Assembly: GCA_051362555.1 (NCBI GenBank)
Contig: CM120645.1
Span: 24,270,934-24,334,933, forward strand
Source: Lingula anatina
Taxonomy: Eukaryota > Animalia > Brachiopoda
DNA: 64,000 nucleotides
Direction of reading: 5' to 3'
Within the stretch, counting starts at the first letter, position 1. Every line of letters begins with the position of its first letter. Positions 12,101 to 26,600 of this stretch are shown piece after piece. Under the pieces are notes generated by a model, which saw only the letters and a list, made by a program, of their open reading frames with translations, searched no databases and was not told where the DNA came from. The translations under genes were made by a program, and so were the position numbers.

Positions 12101-15100
12101 TGAGATAAAGGGATGATTCGAGTAAGATATTCAGTATGTGATAGTGCCGGGGTTATCAGTTGATATTCCCAATGTTATGTCACAATATGCATATCTCAGG
12201 AAACAATAGCCGGACTCACCCTGTACTTTGTAATTTTATTTTTCAAAACGTGATTTGTTGTGGATATTTTAGTAATTGGTCCCGTTTGATGTTGTTTCGG
12301 CGATATCCATTTATAACAGAAAATAGAGAAAATTGGATGAAGTAAAGTAGTTTAATTGCATGGATATTTTAACCTATTTTATTTTATTATTGTTTTTCAC
12401 CCAAATTCTTGGGCACAACCTTTAAAGAAAAACTTAATGCGTAACTCACCCTGTCCATTTTTTTTATTTCAATTTTGGATTCACAGCCATAGATTAGTAA
12501 ACTCGATTTTAGATTGGTATCTCTCAATATCTTGCTCGATCCAATGTGTAAGACCTCATTGGATGAGCTCTGTAAAAGATTCTGATTAATGTTAACACTG
12601 AGATAGTCGAACATACTTTTGAACCGTTTAGAGGAGATGATAATACTGATAAAATAAAGCACAAGAGATCGAAATATGATCATATGCCGAGAACACAGCA
12701 AATTTAAGTGCTTACTAGACGAATTCAGTTTTTACTTCTATTTCTAGCAGATTTTAAAACTGTGTTATGATGATAAAAGGATATGTACTTCAATATGTTT
12801 GGGAACATGAAGTATTATGGGGATCGATAGTTTTGTTTTTAATTTTAGCACAGAAGTAAATTGTTTGCTACAACCATTTTATGAACATTTTGCGCTTATT
12901 ACCGAAAACGAATAATTGAATAAATGAATAAAATAAGAAAGTTCACTTCTATATTTGTATCGATGAACGCACAAGAGAAGGTGTTGCATTGTTCTACGTT
13001 TCTTCTATTATTTTACCAATTTTACTTCTATTATTTGTGCTGATTACCAAAAGAGAAAAACAAGAAGTGCCCTGATATCTATATATTAATGTACATACAA
13101 ACAGAGAGGCTACACAATTGCTTCTGACTCTTTATAATGTCTACTTAAACAAATTACAAAACATACGATAAAGATGGTCTTCTGTTGTCAACATCTTCAC
13201 ATCGTGTGTTGATATTGTGGTACAAGATCTTATGCGATATTATGTACAGCGCTTGAAGGAGATATTTGACATCGTTAAACAGAAAATTGCATTAAGAATT
13301 GAAATATTGGACAAAAATAATTACAGTATGAATTAGGCACGATTTTTATGTCTCGAAACAGGACCCAAATTAAACGTGGGGATATTGCTGTTTTTACTGG
13401 TACACATGTGACGTTGTTGTAGATAATAATGCGTGTTTTTAAAACTTAAAAAATAAAGTAATTCATCAATTTTATCAGACAGACAAAACATTTTTCTTGC
13501 TGATTGCAAGATCCAAATAAGACGAAATTCTAAAGCACAGTTTATTTTGGTGCCTCGTTTGTGATTTTAAAACACGAATACTCGTCTTCTTGGGACTGCA
13601 AACCTCAGTGAATTAAGACTCGTAATTCTGACTCAATATGCAAGCGCAAGGTTAATTAAGAGACCGAGATCAGAACAAGACAAGCCCAATCCTAATTACC
13701 GTGCTAGCGCTGTATGATCACCAGGCACAGAATCATTAGCAGAACATGGCCACGGCTAATTCTATTTGGATGGTTGTAATGTCTTTTCCATTGGTCATTA
13801 CTGTAACTTATTTCTGCATTATGTATTCTAGATAGTCGTGGAACAGGTGCCCGTGTACCGTGTGCTACCTCAAACTAAGGAATGTTAGTTTTTAAAGATT
13901 GTTCTTTTTTAAATCTGTGTGTTTATAAATGAGATTAATTTTAGCCTAATAACATTGGCTGTGCTACCTCACTGTGCTTCTGAATGAAAAATTCAATGTT
14001 TAATCTTGCCCTTACCTGCTGCGTGTATAAAGCAAAAATATCGGAGGACCACTTTATTTACAATATGTCAAACAATTTTCAGTCCATGGAAATACCAAAC
14101 ATAAAACAAAAGAAGTGCCAAAAATGAATTATCGCATCATCAAAAATAGCAAGCAAATAAAAAACTTGACAATGGACTTCGTGCTAGTTAAACAATAAGG
14201 AGCGTCATCGGGAGTGACATCCGACAGTTATAATAGACCAACATAACGACCCCTGCTTTACATAGACAAAAATTCTAGACTCCAAAATAGCACTTATAAT
14301 TCATTTTTTAATCTTCGTCTCATTTTGGTTTGAAAGCAAGGTCGTGCACCTCTATCTACAAATTAAACTTTTATGAATGGGATGAGATTAGGGGCCGTTC
14401 TTCACCCTAATCCAAACATTGCCTATAATCATTGACTGGGAGTTTATTAAAAACGCGGAAAAGAAGTGGCATGAATATAAAATGACTCGTCCCCACACCG
14501 CAACCCACCGCGAGGCAGGCTATTGATATTAAAGAGGTGATTTTAAATAGAAAAGAAATATAACGTTTTTGGTTACGCTCTGGCGTTATCGAATTAACAT
14601 CTCGTGTAATTTGAGCGAAAGCGTAAGATTTATAGGCTAAAAAGTGAATTTTGTTACGCCGTAGCCTGGTGTCGTAGACTTGGCGTCTGCAGAAGCCGCT
14701 GGTGCTGCATGCCTTTAACACAATAAAAGAGAACTTTTACGCCGTCTGCAGGAAGTCACTGGCGACGGAATTTAATTTTATGAAATTTTATAAATCCAGT
14801 TTAAATGAAAAGGCGTGCTCTTTTATTGCATGACCTGATTCAACCGAACCTTGCTGCCTTCAGACGGTTATTTTAAGTTATTTAAACGAAGATAGCGTTT
14901 CGTAGAAATGAAGTAGATAGTGTCATCTTTAAAATCCTAGCGTTTATGTCTTTTTTAAAACGTGGTCAAAATATTCTTGGTAGCTTTGAATTAATATTAG
15001 TTAGGCAGGCCAAATTACCTAACAGAAGGTGAGTGAATATTTCTTCAATATTTTATTTCGATTTTAAGTTTTTGACAATATGACCCATCCATCGTTATGG

Positions 15101-16005
15101 AGGAAATTGACGGAAAACAAGAAAAATGCCTGTAAGATCAAGTCGTCCGTAATAAAAAGAACAAGGAACATTACACGGTTTGCAGAAGGAAACTGTAGAT
15201 ATCTTTTAGCTTTTATTGATCACAAAACTAATTGTTTTAATCCATACATTGTGGAAGGAAATTGGAGGCAGAAAAATCAATTTTTATGACGTGTTGACAA
15301 ACCACTTCTGCGTCTAATGAGTAAAGATGAACGCAGCGGTCAACTGATCACAGACAAACTAATACTGGTCGGAAACTAATCTGATCTTACCTGTTGATGA
15401 AAAGGAGATTGCGAAACATAAATCACCTAAAATGTAGTCGGTATTTTAACTTTTTACTTTGTTTATAATTATCATTGTCTCTCTTTCTTTTCGTTCTTTT
15501 GTGAAATTGCTTTCATCATGTTTTTAATATTAAAAAATTATGTACCTGAATACAACAGGGTAATTCTACTTGTTTGTTTCATGTTTGTTTGTGTTGTGTT
15601 TGTTATAAATATATATGTACTTTCTTTCACACAATGAGTATTGAGAATGCATTAAACTTTTTTACTCTTTTCGTATTAAAAGTGCATTGATGATTGCTAG
15701 AAACTGGCCCCGGTGGATGTACAATTTCATTCACTTGATAATGGATTATTTTAATAATTTGATAAAGTATTTTCCGTGCCTTCCACTTTCTCGGGTTATT
15801 CTTGTTTAGTGGGGTCCTTAACATAGCCGTCATATCAACAAGAAGGTTGGCTGTTGCCATTTAAATGTGAATAATATGTCATTGGCTTTGATAAGCATTT
15901 CAAATATTATTTTACACTGAGTGAAAAATGAGCTTTAAGAGATTGCGTGCACTGGTGTATCATACCATGTAACACCGATGATATAGTAGATAAATATTAT
16001 ATGCA

Positions 16006-16007
<2 letters not shown>

Positions 16008-16036
<29 letters not shown>
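16008..16036. repeat. (CT)n microsatellite
   Basis: Uninterrupted CT dinucleotide run. Confidence 0.9.
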
Positions 16037-16040
<4 letters not shown>

Positions 16041-19000
16041 GCCACTGTTCGACACAAGTGAGTAAATAAATAAAACATTAAGAAATATTACCCTTTTTCA
16101 TCAGTCAAGCAGCAACCGAGGCTTTTAACACATTTGGATCGACAGCCCTCTTCAACCTTTTAGGAATGTCAAAAAAAAAAAAAAAAAAGAAAAAAGATGA
16201 TAATTTTGAAAAGTTATTAACCCAGAATCTTCCTAGATAATGTAATGCCTTCTTACTTTCTAATTTTTTAGGAATCTGAGTGGGTTCCACGGCGACCTTA
16301 CGGCTTTGTACAACATGACTTTCAGTTGAAGTTAATCATGTTTATTTCCGATGACAGTTTTGTCAAACATGTTAAATAGTCACCTCTGGTTTGGGCGTGT
16401 TTTAGTTCTAAACACTACCATTCCCGAGGCCGGCCTTTATGGATGTCTTAACCCTCTAACTCTTTCATTTACATGAACATAACATACTTTTTTTCATAAA
16501 AACGATAATTTAAACTTTGGGTGCACCATTCATTTCAGAAAACATGGAATACGTGAAGTTATCTGACATTCATTTTAAATGGCACTGAACCCGCTAAGTT
16601 TTGGGACGAATAGAATGGATTTTTGAATCAGTTAAAAAGGACCCCGTCGACCCGTAGCTTCAGAAAAAAATATTGCGGTTGAAATATCCTGCAGAAAATG
16701 CCCCTGTAAAATGTCGAGGTTGTTCTGTCGTCTGCGCCGAGCTTATTTTGTATATTAAATGATTTTTTGAGAGTTAAATGAATTTGTCATGGCATGCCAA
16801 CTATGGAAACAATAGCTCTTGTGTTCCTCGGTTGGAAGAAAACTGCAGAATCCGCGGAGTGACGTTTTTGACACAAATCTGTCTTCTTGTGTTCAGTATT
16901 AAAACGTCAGGTATAACATGGCCTCTTCTTGTCAGTTTTAAGAATACCGCTGTGTTCATGTTCCGGCGTTTTTATAAGGGAAATATGTTTATTATTCACT
17001 GATAGTAACTCCTCGTCTGATAATACAGACAAGATTGGAAGTAATATTAATATCTGTAAAACGAAGATTACAACTAAAAGATTTTGATGATAGGCAGCTA
17101 CACATCTTATACAAGAAATGCTATATATAAAAAAGGGAAGTCCGGCTATTTTTTTTCTATTTTTCTTATTTTTCTAAGTAAAGAGAAAATTTTCAATATC
17201 TGTGAATATTCATAGATTTAGTTGTAATTTCAACATGAATTATGCAAGAGACAGATAGTGGATTCAAGTTATCTTCTGGGATAAGGAAAGTGAGAGAGAA
17301 AGAACGGCGGAAAACATTCTGTAAATTAAGACAAAAAGATAAATGATTACAGCGTCAGCCTTCCTGTCTAAGTCCTATTGTTTAAGAGCCCAAGCGTTCT
17401 GGCGAAGTCACGGTCTCTAAGGTTCGCCAGCGTTGATGAAATTGAAAGATACAGGTAGCGCGATTTAATCTCGTCAATAAGTATCCCGTTATAAGTCTCA
17501 GGCCTGGAAGCTACAGTCCTACCGCCGGCCGGTAGCGTCCGTTATCTCCCACTGTATCGGCGAGGACGCTTTATCGCTGCTAATCAGGGCTCTAATTTCT
17601 AGTAGTAATTTATCAGAGATGAAACGAGTCGCTTTTATCATTGTTATCATGATAAGAAGAATAACAGGTATGCGAAATAAATAAATAAATAAATAAATAA
17701 ATAAAACTTTATATTGATATTTATGTAAATATATGAAATAGGTCTACCTCTATAATACATAGCTTAACAAGATTTTAGCGCAATTTTTTAAGTCATGAAA
17801 TTTTCTGTATTTTCTTGTAAGAGACTCAAATTATTACCAAGTGAAAGTTTTCAGACATACCTCTTAAGGGTGGTCCAGTCGCCCACAGAACACAGGTGAG
17901 TCAAGGCTGAAGACGAGAAGTTCAAGAAGTCAACGTATTATTAGAAAATTCAGTAGTCAAAAACAAGGAGTGAGTAACGTTTTTCAGGGGAGAGATCGGA
18001 AGGAAGCTGTCACTGTCCCCGAATTGTTTCACCTCAGCTACACGAGCAACTTGCAGCACGCTATCAGGCGGGATTTCCTCATAGTTTTCTCATGGCGAAG
18101 TTTATTATGAATAAGCACAGAGAGAGCAGTTTTATCACTTGTTTATTTACCTGTCCTACGCCTTCCAACTGTTCATTAATGCAATGTTCCCATATATCTG
18201 TTCACCTTCTAATAAAATTTTCAGTAGCAAAAACACTGCACGTAACATTTGACAAGTCAGACCCGAAACACGACAAATACGATTACCGAACAATAGTTAA
18301 AAAAAAAAAAAAAAAAAAAAAAAACCGGCACGTATATGAGTTAAGGGGTTCCAAGTTTACATATTTATTTATGTAGTTTAACATAGTTGATGTAAATACT
18401 TCACGTCTAAATATTGATTGTTTCTAACAATGTAATATTGAACCTTTGATAAGAGCAATTAACTTGTATAAGTATGAAATTGATATCTTTGTTGATACTG
18501 TTATATTTGTTCACATATATTTTCAAGCGTATATATATCAAAAAGGGTTTTCGGAGGGTATAATGAAAAGATCCAGTACTTTGTTGTGAATAGGACATAG
18601 AAACTACTGAAAATGAATGAAGTGCTGAAAAACAAGCGAGCGTAACTCTGAAATATCTTTCAAAGTTGATCTATCTGGAATTACGGAATCCACAAAGAAA
18701 ATCAATTAAAAATATAGTTCAGAATATCCTTGCAGCGTGTAATACTAGTAGGTATATCGTGCAGCGATTCTGTCGTACTGATATTATAACTTCTATCTAT
18801 GATCTTACAACCGGATAAGACGCCACAAACCCGGCTAGTGACACCTCATTTGTTTCCCGTACAACATGAAACTTCGCCTCAGCCACCGGACATCATTAGT
18901 TAAAAAACTACGTCTACAACCGCACCGTCAGACCTGTACAGGTGAGCCGTACTAGATTGACAACACGGAAATATGCCACATCTAGAACACGGATTATAGA

Positions 19001-22000
19001 TTTAAAAGAAATTAACTTTCCCGTTTTCCAGGCCTGTCCGCGTCTTAGTTCATAGACAACAAATTTGATCGAAGAGAGCATGAGAGGGAGAAATGGATCG
19101 GAGTCAAATACGGCACTGTTACTGTTTTCTGTGTGCGTCAAAAAGACCACAGCCCCATCTTCCATTAACTCTTACAAGATTATCCAGTAGAAAAGTTTTG
19201 AAATATGTAAAAAACTAAAGTACATTATCTTACATAGTATGCCTAAAGAAAATAGTAGATATGCCTAATTAGATAAGTATCGCATTGTTTGAAATCTAAA
19301 AAAAAGAGCGAAAAGTGAGGGACAAAAGGATTAAATGATTAATAAATTTGAAGACAAAGAAAACTTCACACTTCACATTTCAAGGAAGGCAGGGAAAGAG
19401 AGTTTGGCATTTGAAGTAAAGCAGTGGGCGCGTCTTGCACGTGACTATATTGAAGGTCATGCCCATTTCATGTTGTATTCCAAATTTGTACATGGATGTA
19501 GCGTTCCTGCGGGGCCATTAATCAATGAATTTTCCTAATGTAGATATGTATATGGGAATGAAGGCGGCAGCTCATTAGCATGCACTACTGATTCCCCCCA
19601 TTTTTTTCTTGTTGCGATATAAAGTATCAGGATTAAATGAATACATCATTCTAAGTAAACATTATTATCTCTTTGCTCTGTATACACTAATGTAATGTGA
19701 TATCTATAAAATTATGCAATATATCATATCTTCAACTAAAAAATAAGGAAAATGTTTAAGTTTACGTAAAAAGGCGAAAAGACCACAAAGGAAACTCACT
19801 AAAAGTTTTTTTTTTTAATTTGCAAAATTCAAGTTTTAAATAATTGACCCTTAGATTTAAGCTCCGTCCAGGCGTCACGTGCTGTGCAGAGCTCGGGTAG
19901 GGTGTTCTATGTGACATATATCACAGTGGTGACATCTCAACCCCAGCGGCTCCAACACAAGATACCTCTCTACACGCCCTCCCCCAATACCTTCCTAATG
20001 TCACAGTTTTGGGACCTAAAAGTTCTCGACATCTCGGTTAGTATTATTATGACACGTAATAAAACGCATTTCGGCATGTTTTGCGGCCTTTAAGTCGACT
20101 TTTGGGGACTGTCGTTCCTAAGGGTTCAAATTCCCACGCACCCGCGGAGCGTACCTGCTTGAAAAATGGGTCTTCGTAACGCTAATATGTTTATAACGAC
20201 CAACCAAGTAATAAAGAATACATATTTATAAGTGCAATGTCTTTATGACGGCTAACACGGACAAGCAAATATTGTATTATCAGTGAGAAAAATGGCCGAA
20301 ACTTAATTGGGCAACAGTGGTTAAAGTCTGATGACCACCGCAAGATAAACGAGTCATTGTTTTAATGCCTCCGTCACGAAAGTTGTCGAGTATTTGACTT
20401 GCACAGGTGCTGAATTTAGGGATGAATCCTCCTCTCTAATTTCTGTAATAAACGCGCGTAATTGCATGTTGTAATACGGTCCGGTGTGAGAATATAACAC
20501 TTGGATTATGCATATATTCTAGCCCTTTGAATCACAGTGTATCTCACTCATGTATCACCTATCTCCAACATCTACGGGATGTTTCATTTACTAACGGACA
20601 AGACCTAAAATATTATCACACGGACGTCTTTAAGCCCGTTGACGTTACGTGAAATCTAAAAAGTGATATATAAAAAAGACAAAAAGAAAACTTTTGGAAT
20701 GTGTTCGTTTATCGATGGAATTTTTGAAAAATCATCGATTAAAATCAGAAATAAACTAAGAAGGCAACAGGGATATTTCGGCGATATCTTGGAAAGAAGT
20801 TAAACGTTTTACCTCAGCTAATTTCAAACCTTTCGTTCTCTCATTGCTCGTTATTTTTTCTTTCTGTCTTTTTTTGTCATGCAATATAGTGTTATTTTCG
20901 TATTCATTTCTATTTTCACAAATAAGGAGCATTTTTTAAAATCTCCACCCAGCGTAAGTAATGTCAAACTCTATTACAGTTAAACGAGACGATCAAACTG
21001 ATACCACTGTGCCGGGAAGCTAATATTAAAACTTTGGAGCTATTCATTCAGAAATTGTGCAAATAAGGATATAAGTACAAGCGAGCGATCGGTGGCAGAT
21101 ACGGAGCGCTTTTTTACGGCATATCGCGCTATGTAATTGCCTGGAGCGTATTCTCTCCACAAACTTTCAAAATGTCTTTTTTTGTTGTTCATAGGTCCAA
21201 TAAAGTCCATCATTTTTCAGAAAAATGTCGTTACGTGAATAATTTTGATTTAAAGAACATCATTTCACAAAAACTCATGAGAAAAAATAAATCAGAATTT
21301 ATAAAAAATAATATACTAGAATAATTTAGAAAAGAAAGAAAAAATCTACTTTGTGATTCACTGTCATAAAACGATGTTGAAACATCTGAAATTCTTTTGA
21401 ATTTGCGAAAATGGGAAATAAATTGCGCGCGTAGTCTGTGATCAAGGCCCGGGCTAGTCCAAATACACCGACCTAATGCGTCTAAATTGTAGGGTCCGAG
21501 CTTAACGCTTGGTAAATTAAGTCATTGAGTACTGTAGGAGGAACGCGTGTCCATCTCGTATTAGTTTCGCAGCGGCTACACTGTGGTCACAGCGGAGGAC
21601 GTCACGGCTCATTTCTTACGGGAAAAGAACGCAATTTATCCCCCCTATGCCCAAGTTAGCGGTGTTTCCGCGTTCGTGGTTCTGAACGTCCGGTGGACGA
21701 TTATGATATTAAAAATAATAATTTTGATTGCATTGATTCATCAACTTGGACGTCAATGATGATTGCTGTTGATAAAGTTGTGAATATTTGGGAAATGTTT
21801 GGGGGTTATCTATATCGCCTGATGTAAATGTTACGAATTTTTTCTATGACACGTATAAAACTGTATCAGACGAAAATAAATCATTCAGTTTTTCAAAATT
21901 AGAAAATTAAATCAAATTAAATAATCTGAAATCTCCACTAAATTAAAAAAAGAAAACTATGTTGTCCCGTGCGTCCATTGTACAATCATATATTGTAGCT

Positions 22001-23563
22001 TAAAGAAAACGAAGTGCTGCAATATGTATCACGTATCGGACTGTATCATGTATGTAACGTTCTCTTTCCTTTCCTCGCTTTCCACGTATTTCTCTCATTC
22101 ACAAAATATCAGTATTAAGAGAATCAACACATCCGGCAGTTCGTTATTAATAAAGATGAACTACTTGAGAAACACTGTGATGCTCAGTGATAAAGAAGAA
22201 CATTGAGAGCGTCACGAACACCAACTACTTCACAATTACCAGACTACATGATATTGTGGCACCATTAGAAGAAACAAGGTTAGATAATAGTGCCCTCTGT
22301 AAAATGCTCATCAAGATTTTTAAAAGTAAAAATAATAACTTTTCTCAAATAATTTACCATGTGTAATATTCAAAACCATATTATTTTGTTTCAATGTTCT
22401 TTTTAAAACTGGACTCTCAGTTGAAACTTCCCTTTGTCGTTTTAGCGACATGGACAAACGACTATAGTGCCATCTATTGATATAAGTAAGAACTACTGGA
22501 AAATCAATCCCAGTGATGCTTATGCTTCCAGAGAACATGATCGAGTCAAATAATATGTTAATAAGAATGGGGAGCTTGGCTGGAGAATCTATTATACCAG
22601 TGATGATGAATAAAAAAAATCCCTGTAGAACCCAAGAGAAATGCTTTGATGGCTTTATAATTATATAAGATTGCATAAGTGAGTTGTTTTAAGTGACCTA
22701 CGCGGTGAAGACCCACTGTGTAAATCTCCTCCCACCAGTGACTGCTCCGCCTCATTGCAGTAGGTGTGACGAAGATCAAAATTGAGTGGTCCTGACACAA
22801 TCACAGGCGCTCTTCACTATCTTTTTCCTCCTCTTTTTCTTTACTTAAATTTAGATGAAACAAAAGTTGCTATTCGCAGATTGAAAATGCCGAAGAAAGA
22901 ATTAATTAAATGCATTTCCTTTTTCTTTATTCATAATTATAAAAAATCCAAATACTTTTATTCTATATTTCAAAATGCAGTGGCTCGGGTGTTTTCTCTC
23001 ACAACTGAATGTTGGCTGTTGATACCTTAATATGAAGGCGTTATAGATGTTCCACGTTTATCAAAACAAATCCACTTTTTATGTTTCGCTTGGGTGTATG
23101 AAAAAATAAATAGGTGAATTGATAATTTTTCGCACGTCACATTCTACACATCAGGTATGACTTCTTTTACGACAAAAAGTCAATTTTTTAAAAGTAGTCA
23201 CAATCACAATCTGTATTGCCCAACTGTCACAATTGTAATAGTCCTGATATTTTGAGGAGGTGGGGGGGGGGGGGGCAGAGGGGCAAAATGACATCAAGCT
23301 GACTTCAAGCTAGTTATTGTACTACTTAGAATAGCAATCAAGACTCTTTATTTCCGTGTTGTTTCCAAAACTTTCGGTATTGATATATGATGCACCGCAT
23401 CGTCACCGGTCCATTTGCCGCACTGAAGTTACTTCATTCCACTGCCCTGCCCTTCCGATTTCCACGTAAGAAATGCCCTCTGAATAAAATGATAATTTCA
23501 TTGAACACAGAATAGTTTTTACATTTAAAGGTTCTCTAACTAATATAGGTATGTAATATCTGT

Positions 23564-23567
<4 letters not shown>

Positions 23568-23606
<39 letters not shown>
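23568..23606. repeat. (GT)n microsatellite
   Basis: Uninterrupted TG dinucleotide run. Confidence 0.9.
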
Positions 23607-23608
<2 letters not shown>

Positions 23609-26600
23609 AGGATTAACAGGAATTTTGTCTATACACATTAACATTGACTGTTATCACAGATTTTAAAATTCATTTTTAATTCGTGATATCAACTAACTCT
23701 GAAACACGGTAAAAAGAGTGTATTCTAAATTCACACGGTATCATGCCCAGTCCATGGCAAGGTGCAAATTCTTAAAAGTTACGTCACCCGTCCTTCTACC
23801 GTAAAAAAAATCAATACCGGGACTTGTTTAACGCCATTGTCACTTATTTAAAACCAGTGTTTTCAGATCTTCTGGTTCCGTCAAGCACGGATTGATTTCC
23901 TTTCCATGCCATGTTTCTCTCTCACCCCGTCAAATACAATTGTCTTTGCCTAATAAACAAGCGTTTTCACAATTATATCTCTAGTCTCTTTTTAGATGAA
24001 TGTGAAACATGGCCACCTGAAAACAAAAGCCCCCAACTCTCAAGCGGCTGCGCTGATGCGTTCTTTATCACAAATGCCAATATGTTGGAACACACCAGAG
24101 CTCTCGGTGATATTTCAAATTCTCATTAACTCCAACTTTTGATAGGTTACAACTGCAACGCCTCTTAAATACCGAACCCATCCGATTCACTGGCTTCTCC
24201 TCTAAATCATGTCAAGATTAGCGGACCCTCTTGGGGAAATCAAATTCATATTACAGTAGCGAGAGTTGCTGCGCTATTACAAAACCAAGCCTTTAGAGGA
24301 ATAGGCAGTTTTTGTCGTTTAATTGTCTGTTTTTGCCTGTCAGATGTAGTTCTAAGCCGGGAGAATTGATCTCCCCCCAGGGAGCGTTTGTGTAGTTAAC
24401 GGTAACGCTTGAGCACGATTTTGAGAATAATCAAAACGCATCGGCCTTCTCGGCGTGAAATTGATAAGAAACATGTCAAATTGATTGACCAAGGAGAAAA
24501 TTTCCGCGACCTTGGTTTTTGTTTAAATCCACTCACAGGAGAAGGCCAATAAACGCATAGAAATTGAGTTTAAAATAAGCTGAATAATGTATATCAGGGA
24601 TATGTACTTCTTCTATTACACTGAAATAAATCTTCATATTCTGAACGGCATCAAGCAAAATATTTCTTGAAATTCGCCGCTTTAAAACCACCCACTGAAA
24701 ATAAAGTAGGCCGTTTTCGACAGTCAGTAATTCGACATGCCAAGTCTTAATTTTTAAAACTTTAATAGATATGTGTCTAAGGAATTCTATGTAAATACAA
24801 TAGATGTATTTATGTGAAATCGCATGAATGACGTAATTTCACTTATCTCCTTGTTAAGTGTCATAGAACGTCATTCCATTTTCCGCTTACAATCTACGCG
24901 CCACAAAGCAGACATTTTTTATCATTCAAACAGATTTATTTTTTTCTGGGTTTTAAGTGTTTTTCAAGGAAATAGATCAAACAATGATATGGGACAGAGT
25001 AATGATGTTAAAACATTAATAAAAGACACACAATCACGGCGGAAAATACAGTTGAAAATCGGCGATAAGGGTGTAGTTAGAAGTTAAACGGATAATAAAG
25101 AAACCAAATATCACATCAAAGTGTGCAGACGACATCCAAGGTTACGACATTTACAGTGATCAAACGCCGGAACAATTTTGATTTTAAGAGCCACAATGAA
25201 GCTAATAATCCAACAATAACCATGCTTCAAAGAGATCATTGTCGTCTTTAGTCGAACATGGGAATATTTTACACAAAAACAGATGACACGGGACGCGAGC
25301 TGTCGCGTTTCGCAGCAGACGACAAGAGAGCGAAGCAGACAACTCTTAACGCGGGTGATGGATCACGGTCAAATTTCCAAAGGTTCTTTTATTTCTCATG
25401 ATATTAGTCACTCATATGTGGCCACTGTAGTTTATTCCCACCCACTGAAATATAACCTCCGAAATGAACCGAGTACACGCGAGATGGTAGTAACTGTTAC
25501 GCAGTTTAACGAAGTGGCGTGGCCGTCATTAGTGTGAGCATTTATCAATTTCGTCAACCAGTGTGTAAGGTTTGTTCTATCGTATGCGGACACATATGAA
25601 TATACTCGTGTTTAATTAAGTTGGATAGGCTTGTTTGTTTTGAAAATTTTATGATCCATTTTAGCAGGTTTAAACGTATTTTTCATTAGCCGAGTTTTTA
25701 TCATAATTCCAGTAAGATGGCTATGTAAACATGCCCAGTTTAACTGATATTATAATGCTAACTTGAACAAATCTGTGTTTTAAAAATAAAATTCACTGCC
25801 TGCTGAGATTTGCCTTATAAGAAGTAAATTATGCATAACCAGGAGAATGCTTCGCTCCCAGATATCGCCCGAACGACGCTAGCTTTCACACTGATGATGA
25901 AGATCCACTTTATCTTCTCTGTCATTCTCTTTGCCAGAGGCGTGAAAATATTTGTAATTTTATTGTTCATCATCAGCTCAACAATTGACCTTTTGGCACA
26001 CGTGTGGCTGGCTTGTGACCAGCCGCCGCTGGAGCACGTTTCTCCTAAATAACTTCATTCCAAATGATCTTAATTTTTGAATGGCAGATCATGAAAGTTA
26101 TTATCTACGGCGGCCTGGCATTGTAAGAGGTGATAAGAAGGCGGTGTTGGATATCGCGCGCGTGTAACGTTCTCATAATGATCGGTTTAATCATAGCTGC
26201 GCGAGCTGGCAACAATAACGCGAGCCGCGTGCGTCGCACGTGCGTGACGTGTAGGCACTGTTTCTCTCCAATGATTTTGTGATGAACTTGACTGGGGCGC
26301 ACGATACATGAGACACCGACTTCGAAGAACAGTATTAAAGAAACAGAGGGGATGTCCTACGGCTAGGTTCTTTTTTTTTTGAAAATTATCCATTCGGTCA
26401 CACGACTGGGATTCTTTTTTAATGCGGGAGGTGTTGTGTTGCAAAGGCTGTGAGGAATTAGAGCAATGGCACAGGCTGTACAGGGCTAGTAAAATCTAAC
26501 CCGCTCACATAGCATCAAATTATGGGTACTTAAATTACAGAAATGTGGGCGTAAAAGCCTAGAAATGCGAACGATTTCAGTTGTCATCTTCTGGTATGAG

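Noticed and set aside
11925-12225. TACAGGG... and GACTCACCCTGTA resembling Tc1/mariner MITE ends
   Set aside because: The inverted match covers only ~7-8 bp, too short to call an element.
22200-22700. Protein-like stretch with a 118 aa minus-strand ORF, possibly a decayed gene or TE
   Set aside because: No family recognised in any frame; needs a translated search.
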